Under the pieces are notes generated by a model. The model saw only the letters and a list, made by a program, of their open reading frames with translations, ran no database searches and had not been told where the DNA came from. DNA of 64,000 bases, from positions 5,875 to 69,874 of the forward strand of contig METB01000001.1 in NCBI GenBank assembly GCA_001771185.1, given 5' to 3'. The position numbers and the translations under genes are program-made. Of the stretch, positions 8,939-19,244 are shown piece after piece. Numbering within the stretch: the first letter of the stretch is position 1; every line of letters begins with the position of its first letter. This DNA comes from a candidate division Kazan bacterium RIFCSPHIGHO2_01_FULL_44_14. GTDB taxonomy: Bacteria; Patescibacteriota; Kazan-3B-28.

Positions 8939-8978
8939 ACTGACGCGGGAGTGAAATTTGGAAGGGAAGAGTAACGGA

Positions 8979-9007
8979 TTGACAAATCTGATTTTTTCTG
9001 GTATAAT
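8979..9007 (+). promoter_or_regulatory. Consensus sigma70 promoter TTGACA-N17-TATAAT
   Basis: ttgaca aatctgattttttctgg tataat, 7 nt upstream of the ATG at 9014. Confidence 0.65.
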
Positions 9008-9013
9008 GGAAAG

Positions 9014-9799
9014 ATGGGTAAATTGACATGGTTAAAACCGTTGAAGATTAAAGGCCAGCGTCGAGGGAAAACGATGGTGCTGTTGTTGTCGGGCCTGATT
9101 CCGTATTCTAAGTCCTTTGGTCGAGCAGTTAACCAACTCACCAAGTTCGGAGATGTTTGGGAGATGAGTTATCCTGACTGCTATGCCAACGGCCAAGATT
9201 TACTGGTGGAAGTGACTCGTGAACTTCGCCAATTAAAGTACTCAAAACTAGTTTTGGTTGGATTATCGTTTGGCGGTACTCTAAGTTATTTATTGCTTAG
9301 ATATTGGCGCCGTCATCGAGTTCCATTTGAAACATTGGGAGTGGTAGCGGTCTCGACTCCATTTGGACCCGAAGATATTACTTGGCGGTCAAAAATTGAA
9401 TTGAATTTTGGGTACGAGATGGATCGACATGCTGATAAATTGTGGCGAACAGTGCTTCAGGTACTATATTGGCTGTGGGAAAACAATCATTGGTCAGATG
9501 GTCACCCTTATACAATCAAAAATTCACTCCAGAGAGTTTATAATGCGGTACGAGTGGGTTATCTATTGCGTCAAACTAGGTTAATCCGCAAAACTTTTCG
9601 GGCGATGCCAGCTTTGCTATTAAACACCGCTCGGGGGATAAAAGATCCGTTCGTGTTACGGACTAACGAAAATCATTTTAAGGAAATTTTCCCGCAGGGA
9701 CAAGTGGTCTATGGATTAACCAAGCATGCTTCCCTTAATAGTCAGCCGACTAGAGTTTATCGTCAACTAAATCGGTTTCTATCGACGGTTACCAGGTAA
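9014..9799 (+). CDS. Alpha/beta-hydrolase fold protein (GLSFGG nucleophile elbow)
   Basis: 261 aa. LVLVGLSFGG matches the G-x-S-x-G motif. Confidence 0.5.
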   Translation: MGKLTWLKPLKIKGQRRGKTMVLLLSGLIPYSKSFGRAVNQLTKFGDVWEMSYPDCYANGQDLLVEVTRELRQLKYSKLVLVGLSFGGTLSYLLLRYWRRHRVPFETLGVVAVSTPFGPEDITWRSKIELNFGYEMDRHADKLWRTVLQVLYWLWENNHWSDGHPYTIKNSLQRVYNAVRVGYLLRQTRLIRKTFRAMPALLLNTARGIKDPFVLRTNENHFKEIFPQGQVVYGLTKHASLNSQPTRVYRQLNRFLSTVTR

Positions 9800-9819
9800 G
9801 GTATAATTAGGGTGAGGGG

Positions 9820-10182
9820 GTGAGCACCTTGAAGGTAATATCTGCGGTCAGGAATTGTTTGCACTACTTGAACAATGGGGGCAAGAACGGGACGGTTTAT
9901 ATGCCAGTTGAGTTGCCTGACGGCAATCGGTTAGAAATGTGGGCCACATTTCAACATCATTCTAAATCCCACCAATCCCATCGGTTGATGGTGGTGAGGG
10001 GCGTGGATTTGAATTATGTTACAGATCGTCTCTTGCCGTTGATTCGCACTAATGGGCGTGATGTTCGAGTGGTTGAGGGTTGGGATCGATCCAGATTACT
10101 ATTTGAATTTGGGTTCAACTTTGATTTACTCGGACCCAATCAGCCCCTGGCTGATCCAACCTGCGTTCTAGTCCTTCAGTAA
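9820..10182 (+). CDS. Hypothetical protein
   Basis: 120 aa, downstream of the hydrolase, followed by a hairpin plus T-tract at about 10185-10225. Confidence 0.35.
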   Translation: MSTLKVISAVRNCLHYLNNGGKNGTVYMPVELPDGNRLEMWATFQHHSKSHQSHRLMVVRGVDLNYVTDRLLPLIRTNGRDVRVVEGWDRSRLLFEFGFNFDLLGPNQPLADPTCVLVLQ

Positions 10183-10309
10183 GCCGTCCTGCTACACAGC
10201 AGAACGGCTTTTTTATGTCCAAAAGGGTTGTCAGGCCACCAAGAGATGTGATATATAAGGGTTGTTGTTGGTTGTCCGCCCAATCGGCAATAGTTTGAAC
10301 CTTTAGGAG

Positions 10310-10543
10310 ATGCTAATGTCAGCTAAACATTCAGTTCCGAGGACGCTACCACCGGGGCATTCGATCAAGAAAGCGCAGGACAAGCTCCAGGAGTATGAGA
10401 AGCAAGCTCGGAATCAGGATGACCACCCCGTTCAGGTACCACTGTCCGTGGTACTGTTTGCGGCACCTGGTGTAGATCCAAATGAGATTATCGCAGACAT
10501 GGACAACTGTGTTCTTGTCGATGACACTCAAGGGTATGGGTAA
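10310..10543 (+). CDS. Small hypothetical protein
   Basis: 77 aa, followed by a strong terminator. Confidence 0.3.
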   Translation: MLMSAKHSVPRTLPPGHSIKKAQDKLQEYEKQARNQDDHPVQVPLSVVLFAAPGVDPNEIIADMDNCVLVDDTQGYG

Positions 10544-10600
10544 ACCGTAATTCGGTTCTCGTCAGGTTTATTTAGTGGTTGTTTCGTTCTTGTTCGTTTT

Positions 10601-10628
10601 GGGCCCCTGCGGGGGCCCTTTTTCTTTA
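10601..10628 (+). terminator. Rho-independent terminator gggcccctgcgggggccc + TTTTTCTTT
   Basis: A perfect GC hairpin followed by a T-tract. Confidence 0.7.
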
Positions 10629-10698
10629 TCCCATTTCTCTGTTCCCACCGCTTGAAAAATAGGGTTTTTTCGGCTATATTTTACCTATAGAAAGGAGA

Positions 10699-11703
10699 TT
10701 GGATTGGATGGAAATTGAGGAAGAAATTACGCCCGAGGAGGTCGCAGAAATAAACCAGGAGGCAACGGAAATGAAAAAACCTAGACGGCCACGGAGTACT
10801 GGTCTGATTTTGACTATCTTTGCTTCGATTATTGTGATTTTGATTGGCGGATTGGCTTCGTATTACTATTACACTTTCCAACGCCAGGGAGTAGCCAGTG
10901 AACAGGAACTGCGCGACATTTGGGACGAAACGGTACTGGCAACCGTTCAATTAACCAACAAATTTAAAACTATCGACCAATTTGAAAAACTGGATGTTAG
11001 CGGAAGTGGCTCGTTTAAAGAGGCCTTAACCGACGCGAATCGGACAGTTAGGGACGGGATGTTTTCGTTGAGAAATCAAACTGGTCTAGCAGTCGGTGCT
11101 AGTACTTTTGCTAGTAAATTAAACGCGTTTTTGGATGATTACAGCAGTATGTTGGCGGAAATGAAGCGAATCGTGGATCGACGAGCTGAAATTGATAACA
11201 TTACCGCGTTGGATCAGTTGCTGGTGTATCAGGATGCGATGGAGAAATCGTATGATGATTTGCTACTGACTAGCCGGGGCTTTATTCAGGCCAACTTATC
11301 GCGGGACATTTTTGATATGCCGGACAAGCTAGTGGATTTGTTAAAGCAACAATTAGATACTCAAGGAACTCAAGATGACCAGGAAAAGGCGGCCAAGCAG
11401 GCAGCTGAAGCGATAGTAACCCAATTCGCCCAGGCCTGGCAAGACCGTAATGCTAGTGCAATGACAGCGGCGCTAACGACTGGGGCGAAGCGAGAGTTTA
11501 ACCAGGCGGTATTGGAGGACTCATCGGATATTGTTAGTTTTCGGATTATTAGCACAACTTTAACCGATCAGACCAAGGCCAATATTACTGGCCAATTAGC
11601 CAAGAAAACCCCAGATGGAGTGACCAAGACGGAGGATTGGCAATTTGTGGTATTGAAAGGAATCGGAGATACTTGGCTGATTGATAGTTGGCAGGCAAAA
11701 TAG
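10699..11703 (+). CDS. Membrane-anchored hypothetical protein (acidic N-tail, one TM, periplasmic/extracellular domain)
   Basis: 334 aa. TM helix LILTIFASIIVILIGGLASYYYY. No recognisable catalytic motif. Confidence 0.45.
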   Translation: MDWMEIEEEITPEEVAEINQEATEMKKPRRPRSTGLILTIFASIIVILIGGLASYYYYTFQRQGVASEQELRDIWDETVLATVQLTNKFKTIDQFEKLDVSGSGSFKEALTDANRTVRDGMFSLRNQTGLAVGASTFASKLNAFLDDYSSMLAEMKRIVDRRAEIDNITALDQLLVYQDAMEKSYDDLLLTSRGFIQANLSRDIFDMPDKLVDLLKQQLDTQGTQDDQEKAAKQAAEAIVTQFAQAWQDRNASAMTAALTTGAKREFNQAVLEDSSDIVSFRIISTTLTDQTKANITGQLAKKTPDGVTKTEDWQFVVLKGIGDTWLIDSWQAK

Positions 11704-11957
11704 TAGAGTAGTTAAGACGCCGGACGGGCTAAGCCAGGCGCTCGAATGTAATTGGCTGACCTTAAGTTTGTAGGTAGATGGCCCAGTAGAAGAAATTTCA
11801 TTGTGCTTTGCACTGATATCCTCCGGATATATGAACTTTTCTCTACCGGGTGACCCCGTAGAGAAATTTAGAATGCCGGCGAGTATTCTCTGCGGAAACC
11901 AGTTATTATAATTTCGTGTCGCCGGTATAATGCATATTTTCTAAATTCTTCTACGGG

Positions 11958-14774
11958 GTGGACGATAATAATCTCGGACAAATAGAATTGCGCGGGCTAG
12001 AGACGGAAATGCAGCAGTCGTATTTAAGTTACGCCATGAGCGTAATTGTGGCTCGGGCATTGCCGGATGTGCGTGATGGATTGAAACCGGTGCATCGGCG
12101 GATTTTGTATGCCATGAGTCGGGAAGGGTTAAGGCATACTGCCAAATATTCCAAATCCGCTGGGGTGGTTGGAGAAATGCTGAAAAAGTATCACCCACAT
12201 GGCGATATGGCGGTTTATGATGCGATGGTGCGGTTGGCCCAGCCCTGGAATATGCGGTATATGTTGGTAGATGGTCAGGGAAACTTTGGCTCAATTGATG
12301 GCGACTCGGCGGCCGCTTATCGGTATACCGAGGCCAGGTTGGCCGCAATTGCTGATGAAGTATTGGCCGATTTAGACAAGGAAACGGTTGAATTCATTCC
12401 CAACTTCGATGACACTACCAAGGAACCGACTGTATTGCCGACCAAGGTGCCTCAACTTTTAATGAACGGAACAGTTGGTATCGCCGTGGGTATGGCGACC
12501 AGTATCCCGCCACATAATTTGAGCGAGTTAATGGATGCAATTGCTCATCTGATTGTTAATCCCGAATCGGAAGTGGACGATTTAATGAAATATATTAAAG
12601 GTCCTGATTTTCCGACTGGTGGAATTATTTTTAATCCGAAAGATATCAAAGAGGCCTACGCGACTGGTCATGGCAAGATTGTGATGCGAGCGGTGGCCGA
12701 GATTGTCGAAGGCAAAAATGGTCATCAGATTATTGTCAGTGAGTTGCCTTATCAGGTGAATAAATCCAATCTAGTGGAGTCGATTGCTGATCTAGTTAAG
12801 AATAAGAAACTAGTTGGGATTGCTGATTTGCGTGACGAATCGGATCGCCGGGGAATTCGAATCGCGGTGGACTTAAAGCGCGACGCTTATCCGCGCAAAA
12901 TTTTGAATCAGTTGTTCAAGATGACACAGATGCAGTCGAGTTTCCATGTGAACTTGCTGGCGTTGGTGGACGGTATTCAGCCCCGGGTGTTAGACCTGCG
13001 GGCGACTTTGCAATATTTCATCGACCATCGGCGGATTGTCGTGACTCGGCGAACCCAGTTTGAATTAAAGAAGGCCGAAGAGCGAGCGCATATTTTGGAA
13101 GGGTTCATGATTGCTTTAAAAAATATTGATGAGGTGATTAAGACCATCAAGCAGTCAGCCACCAAAGAAGAGGCCCATGTCAATTTAAAAAAGAAGTTTA
13201 AGTTATCCGATTTACAGGCCTCGGCCATTTTGGAAATGCGATTGTCGGCCCTAGCTGGGTTAGAACGGAAAAAAGTCGAAGACGAGTATAAAGAAAAGCA
13301 ACAACTCATCAAGGATTTAAGGGCGTTGTTGGCTGACAAAAATAAGATTGATGAAGTAATTAAAGCGGAATGTTTGGAGATTAAGACCAAATATGGCGAT
13401 AAGCGTCGGACCCAAATTAGTGGGACAACGGTTGGCGATTTTACTGACATGGATTTGATTCCCAACGAAGAGGTGGTAGTAACAATGAGCATTGGCGGAT
13501 ATATTAAGCGTCAACAGATTGGCGAATTCCGAACTCAACGCCGAGGCGGTAAGGGAGTGATTGGAATGACTACCAAAGAAGAGGACCAAATTAGCAGTAT
13601 CCAAGTAGCTAAAAACCACGATGATATTCTATTCTTCACCAACCGCGGACGGGTGTTTAAACAGAAAGTATTTGAAGTGCCAAAGGCATCGCGGATTGCT
13701 CGGGGAGCAGCGGTGGTAAATATTATTCAGATTGCACCTGATGAATTAGTCACTTCAGTGATGACGCTATCTGATTTTGATGACAAAGATGACTTGGTGA
13801 TGTTTACCAAGCAGGGAGTAATTAAAAAGACCTCACTGGTGGCCTACGCCAATATTCGGAGTAACGGTTTGATTGCGATTAAGTTAGACGAAGGTGACGA
13901 ACTGACTTGGGTTAGGCGGTCTCGTCCTGGTGATGAAGTGATTATCGCGACGCGTTTAGGCCAGTCGATTCGGTTTAAAGAGACCGATGCCAGGTCGCTT
14001 GGACGATCGACTCGGGGAGTGCGGGCAATTAAATTGCGACCAAAAGACGAAGTGATTGGAGCGGATATTGCCAAACAGGGAGAGGTGATGGCTTTGCTGG
14101 TAATTTCCGAAAAAGGTTCTGGCAAACGGACATTGGTCTCACAGTACACTTTGCAACATCGTGGTGGGATTGGGATTAAGACCATGAATATTACTGACAA
14201 GACCGGTAAATTAATCGGAGCCAAATTGGTGGATAAAGGTCTTAAGAGTGACATGATTGTTACTTCGACTGAAGGCCAAATTATTCGAATGCCACTAAAG
14301 GGGGTGCCGACGCTTGGTCGAGCGACTCAAGGCGTCCGGTTGATGCGACTGAAGGGGAATGACAAGGTGGCTTCTTTCACGGTCTTAATTATGGAAGAAG
14401 CCGATGGTTCGTTGAGTAACCCGAATGAGGAATTAACCGAAAGTGAGCTGGCTAAATTGCCGGTGGTGGAAGTGATGGCGGAAGAAGAAAAACCAACCCC
14501 AGTAAAAGTGGCCAAGCCGGTTTCAGCGAAAATAACTAAACCATCCGCGTTGGTATCTAAATCTAAACCATCATTTGCCAAGCGAACATTAGCCAAGCCG
14601 GTTACTGCCAAGTCAGTTAGTCGAATGAAGGCCAAAGCAACTAAACCAGTAGCCAAGAAATCATTTACCGTGCGTAAATTGGCTAAACCGACCAAAATTA
14701 AATCATCTAGCCGAATCAAACATAAGACAGTTAAACAACCCGTTAAAAGTTTTACCCGCAGGAAACTGCGTTAG
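11958..14774 (+). CDS. gyrA: DNA gyrase subunit A with a lysine-rich (AKP/KPxxK) basic C-terminal tail
   Basis: [29 protein letters not shown], the catalytic Tyr region, and beta-pinwheel repeats. The last ~100 aa are K/A/P-rich. GTG start. Confidence 0.95.
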   Translation: MDDNNLGQIELRGLETEMQQSYLSYAMSVIVARALPDVRDGLKPVHRRILYAMSREGLRHTAKYSKSAGVVGEMLKKYHPHGDMAVYDAMVRLAQPWNMRYMLVDGQGNFGSIDGDSAAAYRYTEARLAAIADEVLADLDKETVEFIPNFDDTTKEPTVLPTKVPQLLMNGTVGIAVGMATSIPPHNLSELMDAIAHLIVNPESEVDDLMKYIKGPDFPTGGIIFNPKDIKEAYATGHGKIVMRAVAEIVEGKNGHQIIVSELPYQVNKSNLVESIADLVKNKKLVGIADLRDESDRRGIRIAVDLKRDAYPRKILNQLFKMTQMQSSFHVNLLALVDGIQPRVLDLRATLQYFIDHRRIVVTRRTQFELKKAEERAHILEGFMIALKNIDEVIKTIKQSATKEEAHVNLKKKFKLSDLQASAILEMRLSALAGLERKKVEDEYKEKQQLIKDLRALLADKNKIDEVIKAECLEIKTKYGDKRRTQISGTTVGDFTDMDLIPNEEVVVTMSIGGYIKRQQIGEFRTQRRGGKGVIGMTTKEEDQISSIQVAKNHDDILFFTNRGRVFKQKVFEVPKASRIARGAAVVNIIQIAPDELVTSVMTLSDFDDKDDLVMFTKQGVIKKTSLVAYANIRSNGLIAIKLDEGDELTWVRRSRPGDEVIIATRLGQSIRFKETDARSLGRSTRGVRAIKLRPKDEVIGADIAKQGEVMALLVISEKGSGKRTLVSQYTLQHRGGIGIKTMNITDKTGKLIGAKLVDKGLKSDMIVTSTEGQIIRMPLKGVPTLGRATQGVRLMRLKGNDKVASFTVLIMEEADGSLSNPNEELTESELAKLPVVEVMAEEEKPTPVKVAKPVSAKITKPSALVSKSKPSFAKRTLAKPVTAKSVSRMKAKATKPVAKKSFTVRKLAKPTKIKSSSRIKHKTVKQPVKSFTRRKLR

Positions 14775-14858
14775 CGTACTCTGTCATCCTGAACTTGTTT
14801 CAGGATCTGTTCTCTCGAGATTCCAAATTCCAACTTCTAAATTTTTATCTCTTCAAAC

Positions 14859-15266
14859 ATGACAATCTTAAACTTATTTAGACCGGATTATTACTTCGAC
14901 AATAACTTGGACTCAATCTTCTTTGGATTTTGGGTTTGGTTGGGTTTAGCGATTCTATTGATTTTGACCAGTGCGATTATGAATCTGAAATCGCGGCAAT
15001 GGAGTTATTTTTATAAACAAATCGTAGCGCGGAGTACTCAAATCGGGACCATTGTCGGATGGATTGGTTTGCTGTGGCTATTTTTCCGTTACGAAGGGAT
15101 TCCGTATTTTACTTGGCGGATTTGGCCTGCCTTATTGTTTGTTTATGTAATCGTTGCGGTTTGGTATCTGGTCAGATTTATTCGGGTAGATTATCCGGCT
15201 CGGCAGGCCAAACGAGGAAGTCGAGCGGATAAGGATGTGTATTTGAAGAGGGTGTTTAGGAAGTAG
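14859..15266 (+). CDS. Small integral membrane protein
   Basis: 135 aa with 3-4 TM helices. Confidence 0.45.
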   Translation: MTILNLFRPDYYFDNNLDSIFFGFWVWLGLAILLILTSAIMNLKSRQWSYFYKQIVARSTQIGTIVGWIGLLWLFFRYEGIPYFTWRIWPALLFVYVIVAVWYLVRFIRVDYPARQAKRGSRADKDVYLKRVFRK

Positions 15267-15698
15267 TTTTTGTTTTCTTTTTCAAGCGTTCTCACCGCGC
15301 TTGACCCGTTAGTATTTCTTCTCGTCATTGCGAGCTGTAGGCGTGGCAATCTAATCCTCCCCTTAAGATAAGGGGAGGATTAGGAAGGGTTATTGACTGA
15401 TTATATTCTTAACTCCCCCTTACTCCTCTTACCTTAAGAGGGGTGACCACAACTATTCATCACAAATCCTTCCGTGGTTCTACTATCTAGTAGAACAAAG
15501 GAGGACCTTTAACTGATTAATAGACAAGTCCTCATCCTAGGGCCAAAAAAAGAAGCAGGAAGCCAACTTGGTTGTTAAATTCTATGTGTAGTGGAAGGAA
15601 ACGGCCGTCTATTTATACAACACGGGGGAAGAAGTGGAATAGATTGATGAATCTGGCGTCTAAATTCGAGATTCTAAATCCCATATTCTAGATTTTAC

Positions 15699-15726
15699 TT
15701 GACTGGGAGCAGGTTTCCTATATACT
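15699..15726 (+). promoter_or_regulatory. Sigma70 promoter TTGACT-N16-TATACT with an AGGAGG RBS downstream
   Basis: ttgact gggagcaggtttccta tatact. RBS at 15741-15746, ATG at 15758. Confidence 0.5.
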
Positions 15727-15757
15727 GGAGTTAGCTCATTAGGAGGTGTATATTGAA

Positions 15758-16381
15758 ATGTCGAAAACGGACCAGCTTGATGATGTCCAAAGAAAGTTGC
15801 AGGATGCTTTAGATAAACTGCATCATTGTCAGGTTGATTTGTATTTTTCAAGAGATCGGATATTCCAAGTTTTAAGGGGTTACGAGACAAAACATTTAAT
15901 GGGTGTAATTGCTCTCGATGCAACGAATCGGTGTCAGCATGAGCAGGATGAAGCCCATATTCAGGAGGTAGAGGACCTAATTGTCTCGTTAAGAGAAGGA
16001 CGACTTGGTCGTCCTCTGGTAAAGGGAGCTTGTATGGATGTAAGGTATCTTTTACCAGAAAAGTATCCCAACTTGGATCGGCTTGTCTGGGAAGATGACT
16101 GGGAAAAGGTTTCTCGCTGTGTGTCAGACGTTGGCGAGAATGTGAGATGGATTCTGGCCATCCAATGGGAGAACGAGAAGGGAAAGAAGGGGCGGGTATC
16201 TACTAGGCGGTCGGTTAAGATAATCACGCCCAAAGGATTCAGCCCGTTTCATACCTCGTACTCGGAGGAAATATTAGTAGACGCTGGTCGTTTTACCCGT
16301 ACTCTACAAGACCAGGTGCTAGAGATTCTATTGGATGCCATGATGAGGATAGTTGACTCAGACGAGGAGTGGTTTCGCTGA
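15758..16381 (+). CDS. Orphan hypothetical protein (GC-elevated cassette 1a)
   Basis: About 207 aa, no recognisable domain, with its own promoter and terminator. Its composition differs from neighbouring genes. Confidence 0.45.
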   Translation: MSKTDQLDDVQRKLQDALDKLHHCQVDLYFSRDRIFQVLRGYETKHLMGVIALDATNRCQHEQDEAHIQEVEDLIVSLREGRLGRPLVKGACMDVRYLLPEKYPNLDRLVWEDDWEKVSRCVSDVGENVRWILAIQWENEKGKKGRVSTRRSVKIITPKGFSPFHTSYSEEILVDAGRFTRTLQDQVLEILLDAMMRIVDSDEEWFR

Positions 16382-16400
16382 TTTCGGTCAGTTTCATTTG

Positions 16401-16426
16401 TGCCCCCGCAAGGGGGCTTTTTCTTG
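16401..16426 (+). terminator. Rho-independent terminator (gcccccgcaagggggc + TTTTTCTT)
   Basis: Hairpin plus T-tract immediately after the ORF ending at 16381. Confidence 0.7.
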
Positions 16427-16508
16427 CTCTGATAGTGGTTTTAATGCTATCTTAGAGCTGACTTGTATTGTCGGGGTTACCCCGAAATTTGAAATTTAGG
16501 AGCAAATC

Positions 16509-17423
16509 ATGAGTCAGAACCCTCTAACCCAGGGCGTATGTAGCGGCAGCGCGCCACTTTACTACATTCTCGAGGTGAGCAAGCTGTATTGTCGGGTCTA
16601 CTCGGCCATTAGTGTAACGATGACCCGTTCTCTATGGCAGATTATCCAGCCGTACCTTGAATCTCCCGCTTCGCTCTTGAGGGGCTGGGAGCGGAACGGC
16701 CTGCCACCTGATGAGTGGGTGGGGCCTAACCTAGCTCCACATGCGAGATGGGGGATGGGCGGAGCCATTGTGAGTATGAGACAGCGCGATCCCAAGAGGA
16801 TGATCGAATTCAGGATCGCTTTGCCTGCCAACGCGGTCGGATGTAGGGATTTGATAGAGACATATGCCAGCTTAGATGTGCTGTTGCGGTGTATGCACCG
16901 CGCGGCTTGTCAGGCGGAATCAATTAATCTGTCTTACAGCCAAAACAATACTCAACTGATCGCGGTTGAGTCGTTGGTGAACGGGGCTAAGCTAGCGGTC
17001 TCCCCTAAATTGATCGACTGGATGACGAAGTCGAGTTTATATTATTGGGGCAGTGCGCTCGAGCATGCCTGCCAGACAATGGCAGAGGTCAGCGATCACT
17101 TAGGGCTGACGGGCTCTTTCTATAAGTACCCGTCGTTGGTTGGCCGGTTGGAGGAGCCACCAAAGGTATCTTTGGAAGGTGAGAATGGGCGTCAACTGCA
17201 CTTTACGATGGGACAGCTTCACCTCTTTCCCCGTAAGGCGCCTACCCAGCGCGACTGCGGATATAAATTGGTTCAAGGTATAGGCAGCGATTCCCTGATT
17301 CCATATCCCCATCGCGTATCGACTGGCTACGATACTCCCGAGATGATAATGGCGACCAATCTCGTCTTTCTCTGCGGGCTAATCCAGATGGCGCATTCCG
17401 CTCTGCACGAGATGTTGCCCTAA
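16509..17423 (+). CDS. Orphan hypothetical protein (GC-elevated cassette 1b)
   Basis: 304 aa with several Cys residues and no recognisable domain. Visibly GC-richer than the flanking genes. Confidence 0.45.
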   Translation: MSQNPLTQGVCSGSAPLYYILEVSKLYCRVYSAISVTMTRSLWQIIQPYLESPASLLRGWERNGLPPDEWVGPNLAPHARWGMGGAIVSMRQRDPKRMIEFRIALPANAVGCRDLIETYASLDVLLRCMHRAACQAESINLSYSQNNTQLIAVESLVNGAKLAVSPKLIDWMTKSSLYYWGSALEHACQTMAEVSDHLGLTGSFYKYPSLVGRLEEPPKVSLEGENGRQLHFTMGQLHLFPRKAPTQRDCGYKLVQGIGSDSLIPYPHRVSTGYDTPEMIMATNLVFLCGLIQMAHSALHEMLP

Positions 17424-17474
17424 ACGACATTGATAGTGCGATGGCCATCCACAAACAACCCAGCATTTAATTTG

Positions 17475-17510
17475 CCCTCTTGGTCGATCAACCAAGAGGG
17501 CTTTTTCTTG
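17475..17510 (+). terminator. Rho-independent terminator (ccctcttggtcgatcaaccaagaggg + CTTTTTCTT)
   Basis: A 10-bp stem followed by a T-tract. Confidence 0.7.
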
Positions 17511-17537
17511 ACTTGAGGGTAGTTCATGGGTTATACT
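17508..17537 (+). promoter_or_regulatory. Promoter TTGACT-N18-TATACT upstream of rpsA
   Basis: ttgact tgagggtagttcatgggt tatact. Confidence 0.45.
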
Positions 17538-17617
17538 CCCCCATATAGCACTATTTGATAAGGTCATACTCTTAAACCGTTGCCTGAAGCATGAAAGTGC
17601 TGTCCAGGTGAGTTTTT

Positions 17618-18937
17618 ATGGCTCCTAAAGGAAAAACAACCAATCCGTTTGCTCAATTGCTCGATGCTGCCGAGAGTAGTTTGCGAATCTATAAAGCCAG
17701 TGATTTAGTGGTGGGCGAAGTGACAGCGGTTACGAAAAATCGGATTTGGATAGAAATCGACGGCGGTCGGTTTATTGGGATGATTAGTAATCGAGAGTTG
17801 ATGGAGGAAGGGATTGCTGCTCCTGACTATCAACCAGGCGACCGAGTAACCGCTTCGGTAATTTTGCCGGAAAATGATGATGGTTTTATGGTCTTGAGTT
17901 TGCGGGATGCGCTTGAGAATAAGGGCTGGGAGGCCTTGGAAGTTCGGCTTTCGGCCGATGAGGTTTTTGATGTTAAAGTTATCGAGGCCAACCGGGGAGG
18001 ATTAATTGTTGAAGCCGATGGTTTACGCGGTTTCTTGCCGGTCAGCCAATTGGCCCCAGAACACTATCCGAGAGTTGGGACTGATAAAGATGAAATTTTG
18101 ACCCGCTTGGCCAAGTTTGAAAATCAAATTTTACAAGTGAAGGTTTTGGATTTAGACAAAAGTGTTAATAAGCTGATTTTTTCAGAGCGGGTGGCTCGCA
18201 AAGGGGAATTTGATGAGTTGGTGTCTGGGATTAAAGTTGGTGATGTATTGGATGGTAAAGTCAGCGGAGTGGTTGACTTTGGTCTGTTTGTCAATCTTGG
18301 TCAGCTTGAGGGACTGGTGCATATTTCGGAAATCAGTTGGGGTAAAGTTGACCATCCGAGTAATTTTGCCAAAGTGGGTGACACAGTCAAGGTTCAAGTG
18401 ATTGGAATTGAAGATGACAAAATTTCTTTGTCAATCAAACGGTTGCAAACCGATCCGTGGCTGTCGATAATCTCTCAATTTGCAATTGGTCAAGAAGTGG
18501 AAGCCAAAGTCACGCAGATTATGCCATTTGGCGTATTTGTAAAGGTGGGAGTCGAAGAAACAGATGGCTTGATTCATATTTCAGAATTAGCTCACGAGCA
18601 TGTGACTGATCCAGCCACAGTAGTAGCGGTGGGTGATAAATTGAAAGTTAAAGTAATTGATTTGGGACCCGACAGTCATCGGTTAGGTTTGAGCTTGAAA
18701 GCCATGCAGTCACCAAAGGTGGCGGAAGTGGTGTCGGCCGATAAAGATTCAGCCGAAAGTGCGCCGACCGGTGATTTGACAGGACTAGAGTTGTCGGCAA
18801 CATTGATCAAAAAGTTACAGACGGCAGGGATTATCTCGTTGAGTGATCTGCAGGACAAAACCCCAGCCGAGTTAGAGGCCTTACCGGGTATTGGTAAAGC
18901 GACGGCAGCCAAAATCGTTGCGGCTATGAAACGTTAA
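17618..18937 (+). CDS. rpsA: Ribosomal protein S1 (4-5 S1 domains) fused to a C-terminal helix-hairpin-helix
   Basis: Repeated S1 OB-fold signatures (GxV.G.V....G.FV.L...EGL.HISE). The C-terminus reads LPGIGKATAAKIVAAMK (HhH). Confidence 0.85.
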   Translation: MAPKGKTTNPFAQLLDAAESSLRIYKASDLVVGEVTAVTKNRIWIEIDGGRFIGMISNRELMEEGIAAPDYQPGDRVTASVILPENDDGFMVLSLRDALENKGWEALEVRLSADEVFDVKVIEANRGGLIVEADGLRGFLPVSQLAPEHYPRVGTDKDEILTRLAKFENQILQVKVLDLDKSVNKLIFSERVARKGEFDELVSGIKVGDVLDGKVSGVVDFGLFVNLGQLEGLVHISEISWGKVDHPSNFAKVGDTVKVQVIGIEDDKISLSIKRLQTDPWLSIISQFAIGQEVEAKVTQIMPFGVFVKVGVEETDGLIHISELAHEHVTDPATVVAVGDKLKVKVIDLGPDSHRLGLSLKAMQSPKVAEVVSADKDSAESAPTGDLTGLELSATLIKKLQTAGIISLSDLQDKTPAELEALPGIGKATAAKIVAAMKR

Positions 18938-19244
18938 TTGTTTTTAATTCGTAACGGGGGTTGGACTGCCAATGGCTAATATTTTTTAAGTCAAAGCAGT
19001 CCTTTTAATAGCCCTCGGAGGGAGACAACCAAAAAGGGTTTTCCCCCTTCCGACGACCGTCATCCGCCAACTGGCGGAGACGGATTGAATCAATATCTTA
19101 ATTTTGAAACATTCAGTCATTCGGATTTGATTCGAAGTTAGTCCGCCAGCTGGCGAATTGGAAATTAAATCTTCAAAAGCGTCAAAATGACGCCACCATA
19201 ACTTTTCACTATTCACTTTTAACTTTTAACTGACTTCTAACGGA

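Noticed and set aside
12977-13619. 171-aa and 100-aa minus-strand ORFs inside gyrA
   Set aside because: They are antisense to a highly conserved, unambiguous gyrA reading frame. The same applies to the other short antisense ORFs inside infB, uvrA, uvrB, topA, ligA and the gat genes.
15570-15660. SRP (4.5S) RNA-like motif GGAAGGAAACGGCC
   Set aside because: The motif and its flank (aaacggccgtctatttata) recur at 43700, so it is another dispersed repeat. The surrounding sequence does not form the SRP domain IV helix.
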